The notes beneath the pieces were generated by a model. That model did not search any database and was not told the DNA's origin. It was given only the letters and a program-made list of their open reading frames with translations. Below are positions 9,372 through 17,704 of a stretch of 64,000 nt of DNA, one piece after another. Within the stretch, counting starts at the first letter, position 1; the number at the start of each line of letters is the position of its first letter. The DNA comes from an uncultured Chloroflexia bacterium (lineage in GTDB: Bacteria > Chloroflexota > Limnocylindria > Limnocylindrales > CSP1-4): NCBI GenBank assembly GCA_963752475.1, contig CAVVYR010000014.1:64001-128000 (forward strand), read 5' to 3'. A program made the position numbers and the translations under genes.

Positions 9372-9950
9372 TCATGGGAGCTGGGAGATGGCCTCTGCCT
9401 GCAGCTCGGGACTGGACGCGACGACGAACCACACGGTATCGCCTGATGCATAGATATCGATGGCGGAGCCCGGCTCGTCGGGAACGGTGATCCGCGTCAC
9501 TGCTCGCCCGGCGACCTCAGCCTCAGCAACCTCTGTCCCTTCGTCGGCGTCGGCGGTCCACATCTCGACCATCAACGCCTCACCCACCTCCGGCTCCATG
9601 CCCGGGATCTGGAAGGCGATGACCCAGGCTCCCTGCGCCTCCTCCTCGAAGAGGTCATCGAAGGTCATGGCCTGGCCGACCAGCACATCCTCGAGCCCGA
9701 TGCCGAGATCTCCCATCAAGGCGTCGAGCTCCGGGGTCGACTCGAAGTCATCGGAGGTGCCGGTGATGACCTCGATCCGGCCGGCGAGCGCGACTCCGCC
9801 GATCTCCGCGGGGAAGAGGTCGACGAAGGCCTGCGCCTCCGGCGAGAGCGCGACCTCCGGTGCGGCCGACTCCTCCTGCGCCAGCGCCGTACCCGTGGGC
9901 ACCAGCAGCGCAGCGGCCATGAGCAGTGAAACGATCCTTGCGAGCTTCAT
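9372..9950 (-). CDS. Secreted acidic hypothetical protein
   Basis: GGAGGAGG RBS; signal peptide ending ALA-QEE; VAGRAV and ASGDTVW...LQAEAI blocks. Confidence 0.85.
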   Translation of the reverse strand: MKLARIVSLLMAAALLVPTGTALAQEESAAPEVALSPEAQAFVDLFPAEIGGVALAGRIEVITGTSDDFESTPELDALMGDLGIGLEDVLVGQAMTFDDLFEEEAQGAWVIAFQIPGMEPEVGEALMVEMWTADADEGTEVAEAEVAGRAVTRITVPDEPGSAIDIYASGDTVWFVVASSPELQAEAISQLP

Positions 9951-10081
9951 CGCCTCCTCCAGTCCTCTGTTGGTGGCGAAAGTCTACGCCTGTCCGACGA
10001 TATCGAGAACGCAACATCGACCGAATCGGGACGCAACCGGGAAGTGAGCGCAAGCCCGCGATACGGGTGTACGGTGCGACC

Positions 10082-11425
10082 GTGATGCCGTGGCGTTCCG
10101 CCTTCCGCGAGAAGGTGAAGACTCTCTCTGTCCTGGCCGTGCTCTCGATGAGCGCCATCGTCTCGTGTACGACCGTGGCCTCCTCCGGAACCGCCACGCC
10201 GCCCGACGCGGTGGCCGTGGAGCTTGTCGCGGCCTCGTCGGTGCCCGCACCCAGCCACACGCCGCTGGTCACGCCGAGCCCCTCGCCCACGGCTTCGCCG
10301 GTGCTGACCTCCAGCCCCACGTTGGAGGCGGAGCCGGCGCTGGAGGACGCGACCGAAGAGCCGACGCTCGACGAGAGGACCACGGCCAAGCTGCAGAGGA
10401 TCCTCGACAACCAGGTGGCCAACAAGGACGTGGCGGGCCTGCAGGCGGCGGTTCGGCTGCCATCCGGGAAGACGTGGCTGGGAAGCGCCGGCAACGCCGA
10501 GTTCAGCCCGGATCGCGCCCTCGATGACGACGACCAGATGGCCATCGCCAGCGTGACCAAGACCTTCATGGCGGCGCTCATCCTGCAGCTCGCCGAAGAG
10601 GGCAAGATCGATCTCGACGCCACCTTCGGCACCTACTTCCGCGACGCTCCCCGCAAGGACACGGTCACGGTCCGGCAGCTGCTCAGCCACACCAGCGGCA
10701 TCTACAACTACTGGAGCAACCCACGCTACGGCGAGATCACCAAGGCCTGGTGGCAGAACCCTGCGGCCGGCGGCGACAAGGCGCGCTCGAAGCGATGGAC
10801 GTACGAGGAGATGATGGAGCTCGTGCGCAGCGGTGAGTTCAAGCCGGGCAAGGACTACGGGTACTCCAACACCAACTACCTCATCCTGCGCATGGTGGCC
10901 GAAGCGGTGGAGGGCAAGCCCATCCACAGGCAGCTCAAGGAACGCTTCTTCGAGCCGCTCGGCCTCGACGACACCATCTACCAGCCGGCCCAGAAGCCAC
11001 GCGCGGATGCCGCCCACGGGCACTGGGAATGGTCTGGCAATCACAACGACCACACCAAGGCCTCGCGCTACATCCCGTTCATGGCCGCCGCCAGCATCGC
11101 CGATGGCGCCGGCGCCATGGCCTCCACGGCACGAGACCTGTCGGCATGGGCTTCGGCGCTCTACGGTGGTGAGGTGCTCTCCGATGGCTCGCTCGCGGAG
11201 ATGACCACGTTCCTCGCACCCGGCTACTACGGTCTCGGTGCCTATCCCAAGGTCTACGCAGGCAACCGCGGCGTCGGGCATCGGGGCGGCATCCGTGGCT
11301 ACGAGTCGACGATGTTCCACTTCCCGGAGAGTGGCGTCACGATCGTGCTGCTCTCCAACCAGGGCAACTGGGGTGTGGACGCGCCCATGGAGAAGCTGGT
11401 GAAGGCGGTGCTGGGCCAGGCTTAG
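10082..11425 (+). CDS. Serine hydrolase (class C beta-lactamase / DD-peptidase family), possible lipoprotein
   Basis: SxxK (IASVTK), LLSHTSG, YxN (YSN) and HRG motifs; Pro/Thr linker; possible lipobox AIVSC. Start moved to GTG 10082, 6 nt after TACGGT. Confidence 0.88.
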   Translation: MMPWRSAFREKVKTLSVLAVLSMSAIVSCTTVASSGTATPPDAVAVELVAASSVPAPSHTPLVTPSPSPTASPVLTSSPTLEAEPALEDATEEPTLDERTTAKLQRILDNQVANKDVAGLQAAVRLPSGKTWLGSAGNAEFSPDRALDDDDQMAIASVTKTFMAALILQLAEEGKIDLDATFGTYFRDAPRKDTVTVRQLLSHTSGIYNYWSNPRYGEITKAWWQNPAAGGDKARSKRWTYEEMMELVRSGEFKPGKDYGYSNTNYLILRMVAEAVEGKPIHRQLKERFFEPLGLDDTIYQPAQKPRADAAHGHWEWSGNHNDHTKASRYIPFMAAASIADGAGAMASTARDLSAWASALYGGEVLSDGSLAEMTTFLAPGYYGLGAYPKVYAGNRGVGHRGGIRGYESTMFHFPESGVTIVLLSNQGNWGVDAPMEKLVKAVLGQA

Positions 11426-12996
11426 CGGGCGATCGCGCGCAGCGCCTCGCGGGCGGCGGCCTCCTCATCCCAGGGCAGCTCGCCCGCTGCCGTCTCGATG
11501 GTCTTCTCGTGACCCTTGCCGGCCAGCAGCACAGCATCGCCGGGGCGGGCGCGGCGCATGGCCTCGGCGATGGCCTCGGCTCGGTCGGGGATCACCAGCA
11601 GATCATCGCCACGCTGCTTGCCGGCCGCCTCCGCGCCCTGTGCGATGGCGTCGAGGATGGCCTCGCGGTCTTCGCTCCGCGGGTCCTCGTCGGTGACGAT
11701 GACGAGGCGAGCGCGCTCCCCTGCCACGCGCCCCATCGGCTCACGTTTGGTGGGGTCGCGATCCCCGGCCGAGCCGAAGACGGCGACGAGCCCGGTATCA
11801 GGATCGGTCGGTGCCAACTCGTCGAGCACCTTGGCCAGCGACTCGGCGGTGTGAGCGTAGTCGATGACGACGCTGAAGCCCTGGCCCTCGTCGACGCGCT
11901 GCATCCGTCCGGGCACCGCCGGGAGGTCGGCCAGCGCTCTCGCTGCCGCATCGGGGTCGAGGCCCAGCGCCAGGGCTACGCCCATGGCCGCGAGCGCGTT
12001 GGCCACGTTGAAGCGCCCGGCCAGCCGCAGCGGCACCGTGCCCTGCCAGTCGGACGTGCGCATCTCGACGCGCATCCCCGACGGCGTCTCGGCGAGGCCG
12101 ACGGCAGAGAGGTCGAGCTCGGTCCGGTCATGTGGAGCCAGGCCACGGCCGAGGCCGTAGCGGATGACGGCGGCGCCGGCCTCGGTCGCCACCGCGGCGC
12201 ACGATTCACCCTCCGGGTCGTCAGCGTTGACGACCGCGTGCTTCCCGAAGCCCTTTTCCGGGTTCTCCTCGTCCACGGCCAAGCGTGAGAAGAGACTGCG
12301 CTTGGCGGCCTTGTAGGCGTCGAGCGTGCGATGGAACTCCAGGTGTTCCGAGGTGATGTTCGTGAGGACGGCCACGTCATACGCCGTGCCGCGTACCCGT
12401 TGCTGCGCCAGCCCGTGCGAGGTCGACTCGACGACGGCCCAGCGATCGCCGGCGGCGTGCATGGCCGCGAGGTAGCCCTGGAGCTCCGGCGCTTCGGGCG
12501 TGCTCGTGCGCGCTTCGTTGCCGAGGCTGCGGCCCGCGACGATGACGTCGGTGGTGCCGAGCAGGCCAGTGGGGCGACCGGCGCTCTCGAGCAGGGCGCG
12601 GACGAGGTAGGCCGTGGTGGTCTTGCCGTCGGTGCCGGTGATGCCCACGATCCCCAGGTCGTGTGACGGGTCTCCGGCACGCCAGGAGGCGGCGACGCCC
12701 AGCGCCACCTTGGCGTCACAGGCCACCAGCTCGGGAACGGTGATGCGGGGCACGGGTCGCTCGACGATGACCGCCGCCGCCCCGGCGTCCACGGCGCCTG
12801 GGACATGGTCGTGGCCGTCGGTGTGCTGTCCGCGGCGGGCGACGAACAGATCGCCCGGTGCGATCAGCCGCGAGTCGTAGCGGACCGCGCTGATGGCCGG
12901 GTCTGCCTCGGCGTGATGGGCCGGTAGCGGCTCCGAGGCGAGCAGGCCGCGGCGGTGCAGCAGGGCCCCGAGCTGCGACAGGCGTGGCTCAGTCAC
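11422..12996 (-). CDS. murE: UDP-MurNAc-tripeptide synthetase MurE
   Basis: GITGTDGKTTT, TPEAPELQ, ESTSHG, VPGRM, DYAHT, AGKGHE; specificity motif reads EDPR. GTG start at 12996. Confidence 0.95.
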   Translation of the reverse strand: MTEPRLSQLGALLHRRGLLASEPLPAHHAEADPAISAVRYDSRLIAPGDLFVARRGQHTDGHDHVPGAVDAGAAAVIVERPVPRITVPELVACDAKVALGVAASWRAGDPSHDLGIVGITGTDGKTTTAYLVRALLESAGRPTGLLGTTDVIVAGRSLGNEARTSTPEAPELQGYLAAMHAAGDRWAVVESTSHGLAQQRVRGTAYDVAVLTNITSEHLEFHRTLDAYKAAKRSLFSRLAVDEENPEKGFGKHAVVNADDPEGESCAAVATEAGAAVIRYGLGRGLAPHDRTELDLSAVGLAETPSGMRVEMRTSDWQGTVPLRLAGRFNVANALAAMGVALALGLDPDAAARALADLPAVPGRMQRVDEGQGFSVVIDYAHTAESLAKVLDELAPTDPDTGLVAVFGSAGDRDPTKREPMGRVAGERARLVIVTDEDPRSEDREAILDAIAQGAEAAGKQRGDDLLVIPDRAEAIAEAMRRARPGDAVLLAGKGHEKTIETAAGELPWDEEAAAREALRAIAR

Positions 12997-14038
12997 CGGT
13001 CGGCGCCGGCGCCAGGGGCGTATCGGGGTCGAGGCCGCTGCGACGTCGCGCCAGCCTGACCCAGGCCCGCCGGCCACGCTGATACAGCCCGCGGACCGGG
13101 GCGTTCAGCACGAGATCGAAGGTGCCGCCGTACTCGACGACCCGACCGCCGAAGCCGGCCTTGAAGTGCGCGATGCCCTTCGTCGACCGGCCCCACATGT
13201 CGAAGATCGAGGCCCCTGCAGCCTGGCAGCGAAGGATGGCCTCCCACTCGAAGAAGTGGCCGGCGCGGGCCTTGCCACCGGCCTCGTTGAGACCACCGTA
13301 GAGCTGGGACATGCGGTCACCGCTGGTCACGATCATCTTGCTCGAGACCGCGGTGCCGTCGGCGAGGTAGCCGATGAGGATGCGGGCGTCCCCGGTCTTC
13401 GCGAAGGCTCGGTAGACGTCTGCGTAAGCCTCGATGGCACGTGGGATGAAGCCGCTGCGCCGGGCGGTCTCAGAGAGGATCTCGTAGAAGTCCTCCATCG
13501 CCTCTTCGCCGTGCTCCTTCACGTAGGCGCCCTTCTTGCGAGCGCCGTTCGTGTATCGGCGGCTGGACTTGTAGACGTCGTGCCAGAGCTCCTCCTCGGT
13601 CAGCGAGAGGTCGATGACCTGGGTCGAGGTCAGCTGCACGACATCGGCCTCCACCCAGCCGGCAGTCGCGAAGAGCGGGTGGTGGTCGGCGCCCTCGAGG
13701 CCGGGGTCGGCGGTGACGTGGGTCAGCCGCCTGGAGCGGGCGAACTCACGCAGGGCCTGCGTCCAGGCATCGAGGCTGGCCTGGTCGAACACGCTCGCGA
13801 CCGGGCCGCGCGGGGCGTAGGCCATGGCGAAGGGTCCGGGGCCCAGGCTGCGCGTGAGGAGCTGGCCGCCGATCGGCCCGGAGCCTCCGTCGGCCACCAC
13901 GCGCGCGCTGCCCCAGCCGTACGGTGCCTTGGCCGCGGCCCAGGCGCTCATCTGCAGCGGGAAATCGGTGTCCGAACCACCGACGAACGCATCCCAGGCG
14001 TGGTCGTCGGCACGCAGCGTCTCGAGGTCGGCGGTCAT
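12989..14038 (-). CDS. FemABX-family peptidyltransferase (paralog 2)
   Basis: LQMSAWAAAK, YAPRGPV, IDLSLTEEELW, FDMWG, HFKAGFGG. Confidence 0.88.
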   Translation of the reverse strand: MTADLETLRADDHAWDAFVGGSDTDFPLQMSAWAAAKAPYGWGSARVVADGGSGPIGGQLLTRSLGPGPFAMAYAPRGPVASVFDQASLDAWTQALREFARSRRLTHVTADPGLEGADHHPLFATAGWVEADVVQLTSTQVIDLSLTEEELWHDVYKSSRRYTNGARKKGAYVKEHGEEAMEDFYEILSETARRSGFIPRAIEAYADVYRAFAKTGDARILIGYLADGTAVSSKMIVTSGDRMSQLYGGLNEAGGKARAGHFFEWEAILRCQAAGASIFDMWGRSTKGIAHFKAGFGGRVVEYGGTFDLVLNAPVRGLYQRGRRAWVRLARRRSGLDPDTPLAPAPTGD

Positions 14039-14042
14039 GGCG

Positions 14043-15113
14043 CTATCTTCGCATCCTCCGTAGGCCGTCGATCACCCGGCGCCTGATGCTGGCCATCCGC
14101 TCGGCACCAGTGCGCAACACGATGTGTCGGGCGGGTTCGCGCTCGACCCAACCGGCACCAAAGCCGCGCTTGTGCTCGTACAGGCCGCGGTTGGGGTCGC
14201 CCGTCCTGGGCGGTCCACGGTGACCCGGAAGGTCCACGCCGCCGAGCTCGATGGCTGGGCAACCCTCAGCATGTGCGCCACGGATGGCGGTCCAGCGCAC
14301 GAGATGCATCGCGCCGGGCAGCTCGCGGCGCATCGACGCATCGTCGGCCGAGTAGGCCGTGGACCAGATGCCGCCCTGGCGGAAGAGGAACAAGCCGCCG
14401 ATGAGCTCGCCGCCGTGCTCGGCCAGCAGCAGCCGACCCAGGTCCGCCTCGATGAGCCGGCGCCAGGCCTCGGTGAAGCCGGTCCCGGCCTGGAGCTGCA
14501 TGCCTACGACATCGGCTCGCTCGTGGAGCAGCTCGGCGAATGCGGTCATCCGCTCCGGGTCGGCGGACTCGGTCACCGTGACGCCGGCCCTCTCGGCTGC
14601 TCGGATGCGCTGGCGCGTGGACTTGCTGAACGAGCGCAGCAGGGCTTCATCGTCGAGGTCGGGCTCGAAGTCGCGTCGCATGACGTGGATCGACGGCTCC
14701 AGGTCGTCAACGATGGCGAAACCGGCGGCATCCATGGCCCGGGCGTAGTCGGGGTCGGCCGGACGCTCTGGGTCCAGGTAGAGCGTGCGCGCTCCGACCT
14801 CGCGGGCCCAGGTCGCCAGCGCGGCGGCGCGAGCGGCTGAGACGTCGGCGCGCTCGTGGTCGTGGGCGGGCCCTCGTCTGAGCACGGCCTCGGAGCCGGG
14901 CAGGCCCCTGGACGAGCGGAGCAACACCAGCGCCACACGCCGGTCGTCGAAGGTCAGGAAATGAGGTTCCCAGCCCTGCTCCGCTCGGTATCGGCCCCAG
15001 GTTGCCGACTGCATCACGTGGCCGCCGGGGACGGCGACGGCGCGAGCGTCCCAGTCCGCCGCCGGCGTGGGGCTGTCAGCGGTGATGCGCATGGCCGGTC
15101 GGGCGGCGCTCAC
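14043..15113 (-). CDS. FemABX-family peptidyltransferase (paralog 3)
   Basis: HVMQSATWG, RRGP, KSTRQRIRAAERAGV, GLYEHKRGFG. Start is GTG 15113 (GTGA overlap with murJ) or ATG 15092. Confidence 0.85.
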   Translation of the reverse strand: MSAARPAMRITADSPTPAADWDARAVAVPGGHVMQSATWGRYRAEQGWEPHFLTFDDRRVALVLLRSSRGLPGSEAVLRRGPAHDHERADVSAARAAALATWAREVGARTLYLDPERPADPDYARAMDAAGFAIVDDLEPSIHVMRRDFEPDLDDEALLRSFSKSTRQRIRAAERAGVTVTESADPERMTAFAELLHERADVVGMQLQAGTGFTEAWRRLIEADLGRLLLAEHGGELIGGLFLFRQGGIWSTAYSADDASMRRELPGAMHLVRWTAIRGAHAEGCPAIELGGVDLPGHRGPPRTGDPNRGLYEHKRGFGAGWVEREPARHIVLRTGAERMASIRRRVIDGLRRMRR

Positions 15114-16669
15114 CGTCCGCGGATCGCGGAACGGCCAAGGTCGATGGCGCGGGGCAGCTCGGGCAGACGCACCAGCCGACTGTACAAGAGGTATACCGCG
15201 AGGCCGGTGCCCGACGCGAGCGTGAGCTCGATGAGCAGGCTCACGACCCGGCCGAGATCCGCGGGCAGCAGGTCCAGGGAGAGGACGATGGCCACCGTGG
15301 CGGCGGCCAGCACGGCCCCGGCGATCGAGGTCGCGCCACCTCGGACCACCGAGCGAGCGGCTATGGCTGGGTGCTTCCGCCGCAGCAGGATCGTGAGCGT
15401 GGTGGCCTCGAACCACGCTCCCAGCGCGATGCCCAGAGCCAGGCCCTGGATGCCCAGCACGCCGACGGTGGCGACGGAGATGGCCACGTTCACGCCCACC
15501 GAGACGATGGCCACCGTCACCGGCGTGATCGTGTCCACCCCGCTGTAGAAGGCACGGGCGAGGATGACGTTCATGGAGTGCGCGGGCAGACCGATGAGGA
15601 AGACACCCAGAGCCGCCGCCGTGGCCGCGAGTGCCTCTTCGTCGAAGCCCCAGCCGAAGAGCAGGTCCACGATCTGCTCGCGGCCGACGATGCCGACCGC
15701 GGCGATGAAGGCCATGACCCACAGCAGCAGCCGCAGTGCACGCACGACGAGGACCCCGAACTCCTGCTCGTCGCCATTGGCCAGGGCTCGTGACATCGTG
15801 GGCAAGAGCACGATGCCCAGCGGCAGACCGATGACGCCCAGCGGGATCTGCACCACGGAGAACGCCACGGTGTAGCTCACGACCGCGCCCACGGCCACGG
15901 TCGAGGCCAGGGCGGTGTTGACGAGGAAGGTGATCTGGTTGGCACCCATGCCGATGGCCCGCGGCAGCATGAGCCAGAACGTCTGCCGCGCTGCGGCATC
16001 GCCGATGTCGGCCACCGGCGAGTAGGTGAAGCGGCTGCGCAGGGCGGGAAGCTGCACGAGCACGTGCCCCGCAGCACCGACCACGACGCCGAGGGCCACG
16101 GCCTGGATGCCCAGCAGTGGCGAGAGCAGCAGGGCGAAGAGGATGATGCTGGCGTTGTAGACGACCGGGGCCATGGCCGTGGGGGCAAAGCGGTCCTGCG
16201 TCTGGAGGATGGCCGCGACGACGGATCCGGCCGCGAGGAAGATCGGGCTCAGCAGCATCAGGCGCGTGAGCTCGACGGTCAGCTCGGTGGTGGCTTCGTC
16301 AAAGCCGGGCACGAGCAGCGGAACCAGCGATGGGGCAAGGACGAAGAGCAGGATCGCCAGCAGTAGTAGCGTGCCCAGCATGAGGTTGAGCACGGTCGAG
16401 GCCACGCGCCAGGCCCGCGGCTTCTGGCCCTGCTCGATGAGCCCCGAGAGGACCGGGATGAGCGCTGAGGTGATGGCGCCCGCGGCGACGAGCTCGAAGA
16501 TGAGGTCGGGCACGCGGAAGGCGGCGTAATAGGCGTCGAGTTCAGCGATCTGGTCGGGCGAGCCGAAGAGGTTGCCCAGGACGACGACGCGCAGCCAGCC
16601 GAGGATGCGGGAGGCGAGGAAGGCGCCGGTGACGATGAGGCCGGCGCGGGCAAGGGCTCCCCGGCTCAC
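15110..16669 (-). CDS. murJ: Lipid II flippase MurJ (MviN)
   Basis: SRILGWLR, DAYYAAFRVPD, GAITSALIP, QIPLG, RAFYS; about 14 TM helices. Confidence 0.95.
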   Translation of the reverse strand: MSRGALARAGLIVTGAFLASRILGWLRVVVLGNLFGSPDQIAELDAYYAAFRVPDLIFELVAAGAITSALIPVLSGLIEQGQKPRAWRVASTVLNLMLGTLLLLAILLFVLAPSLVPLLVPGFDEATTELTVELTRLMLLSPIFLAAGSVVAAILQTQDRFAPTAMAPVVYNASIILFALLLSPLLGIQAVALGVVVGAAGHVLVQLPALRSRFTYSPVADIGDAAARQTFWLMLPRAIGMGANQITFLVNTALASTVAVGAVVSYTVAFSVVQIPLGVIGLPLGIVLLPTMSRALANGDEQEFGVLVVRALRLLLWVMAFIAAVGIVGREQIVDLLFGWGFDEEALAATAAALGVFLIGLPAHSMNVILARAFYSGVDTITPVTVAIVSVGVNVAISVATVGVLGIQGLALGIALGAWFEATTLTILLRRKHPAIAARSVVRGGATSIAGAVLAAATVAIVLSLDLLPADLGRVVSLLIELTLASGTGLAVYLLYSRLVRLPELPRAIDLGRSAIRGR

Positions 16670-17679
16670 GAGCGGTCAGCGTCCTCGTCAGCGTCGTCGC
16701 TGGGCGCCTGCGCATCCGTCTTGGCTCGCGGATGCGCTGCTCGGTAGCTCTGTCGTAGGCGGCCGGGGCTCACGTGGGTGTAGATCTGCGTCGTCGAAAG
16801 GCTGGCGTGGCCGAGCAGCTCCTGCACCACGCGAAGGTCGGCGCCACCCTCGAGCAAGTGCGAGGCGAACGAGTGCCGCAGCGTATGTGGCGTCGTCTTC
16901 TCAGGCAGGCCGGCTCGCTTCACGAGTCGATCGATGCGGCTGCGCAGGCCACGCGTGGTCATGCCTCGGCCGTTGGTGTTGAGGAACAGCGCGTCATCGG
17001 CCACGTCGTTGCCTGCCGCCAGCGCCGGTCGTCCGTGGGTCAGATAGGCCTCGAGTGCGTCGAGCGCCGGCGCTCCGAGCATGCCGATGCGTTCCTTGCG
17101 ACCCTTGCCCAGCACGCGGAGTTCGCCATGGCCGAGGTCGACATCGCCGACGCTGGCACCGGCGATCTCGCTGATGCGCAGGCCTGCGGCGTAGGCGCAC
17201 TCGACGATGGCTCGATCGCGCAGCTCCATGGCTGCTGTGGCCGAAGGGGCGGCCTCGCGGCCGACGGGCTTGCCGGCGGACCCTGGGATGACGTCGAGCA
17301 GGCGCTCGACGTCATCGACCTCCATCACGCGCGGCAGCCTACGCGATCGTCGTGGCGTGACGATCGCGGCCCAGGGGTCGCCCGCGACCCAGCCCTGGCG
17401 GCGGCAGAAGCGGTAGAACGAGCGCAGGGCAGCGATGCGGCTGCTGATGGTCGAACGTGAAAGGCCGCGACCATCGAGCTCGGCGAGGTAGGCGCGCAGT
17501 GTGCGGCGAGGCGGACGGGTCCAGTGCACCGCGGGCACGCCTTCGAGCCAGCCGAGGTACTGCTCCAGGGCGGTCTTGTAGGCGCGCTTGGTGTGCGGCG
17601 ACGCGTCGCGGGCGTCGAGCGAGGACATGAAGTCCGCAGCAGCGCTGGTGCCGTCGCGTTCGGCATCCCGCCGGGTCAT
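16666..17679 (-). CDS. xerC: Tyrosine recombinase XerC
   Basis: [41 protein letters not shown]; directly downstream of topA; ATG 17679 after GGGAGG. Confidence 0.92.
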   Translation of the reverse strand: MTRRDAERDGTSAAADFMSSLDARDASPHTKRAYKTALEQYLGWLEGVPAVHWTRPPRRTLRAYLAELDGRGLSRSTISSRIAALRSFYRFCRRQGWVAGDPWAAIVTPRRSRRLPRVMEVDDVERLLDVIPGSAGKPVGREAAPSATAAMELRDRAIVECAYAAGLRISEIAGASVGDVDLGHGELRVLGKGRKERIGMLGAPALDALEAYLTHGRPALAAGNDVADDALFLNTNGRGMTTRGLRSRIDRLVKRAGLPEKTTPHTLRHSFASHLLEGGADLRVVQELLGHASLSTTQIYTHVSPGRLRQSYRAAHPRAKTDAQAPSDDADEDADRS

Positions 17680-17704
17680 CGTGTCCTGCCCCTCCCGCCG
17701 GACA

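Noticed and set aside
10082-11425. Beta-lactam resistance gene
   Set aside because: The motifs are shared by DD-peptidases and esterases; substrate cannot be inferred from the sequence.
14043-15722. N-terminal extensions in the ORF track (also 4041, 13077, 17964, 23487, 25436, 35159, 40724, 47596, 49415, 55282, 56626, 63341)
   Set aside because: Most overlap neighbouring genes and read as shadow sequence. Starts were reassigned using stop/start overlaps, RBS or -10 boxes.
16666-17679. Phage or ICE integrase
   Set aside because: It has XerC-like length and motifs in the canonical topA context, with no att sites or cargo genes.
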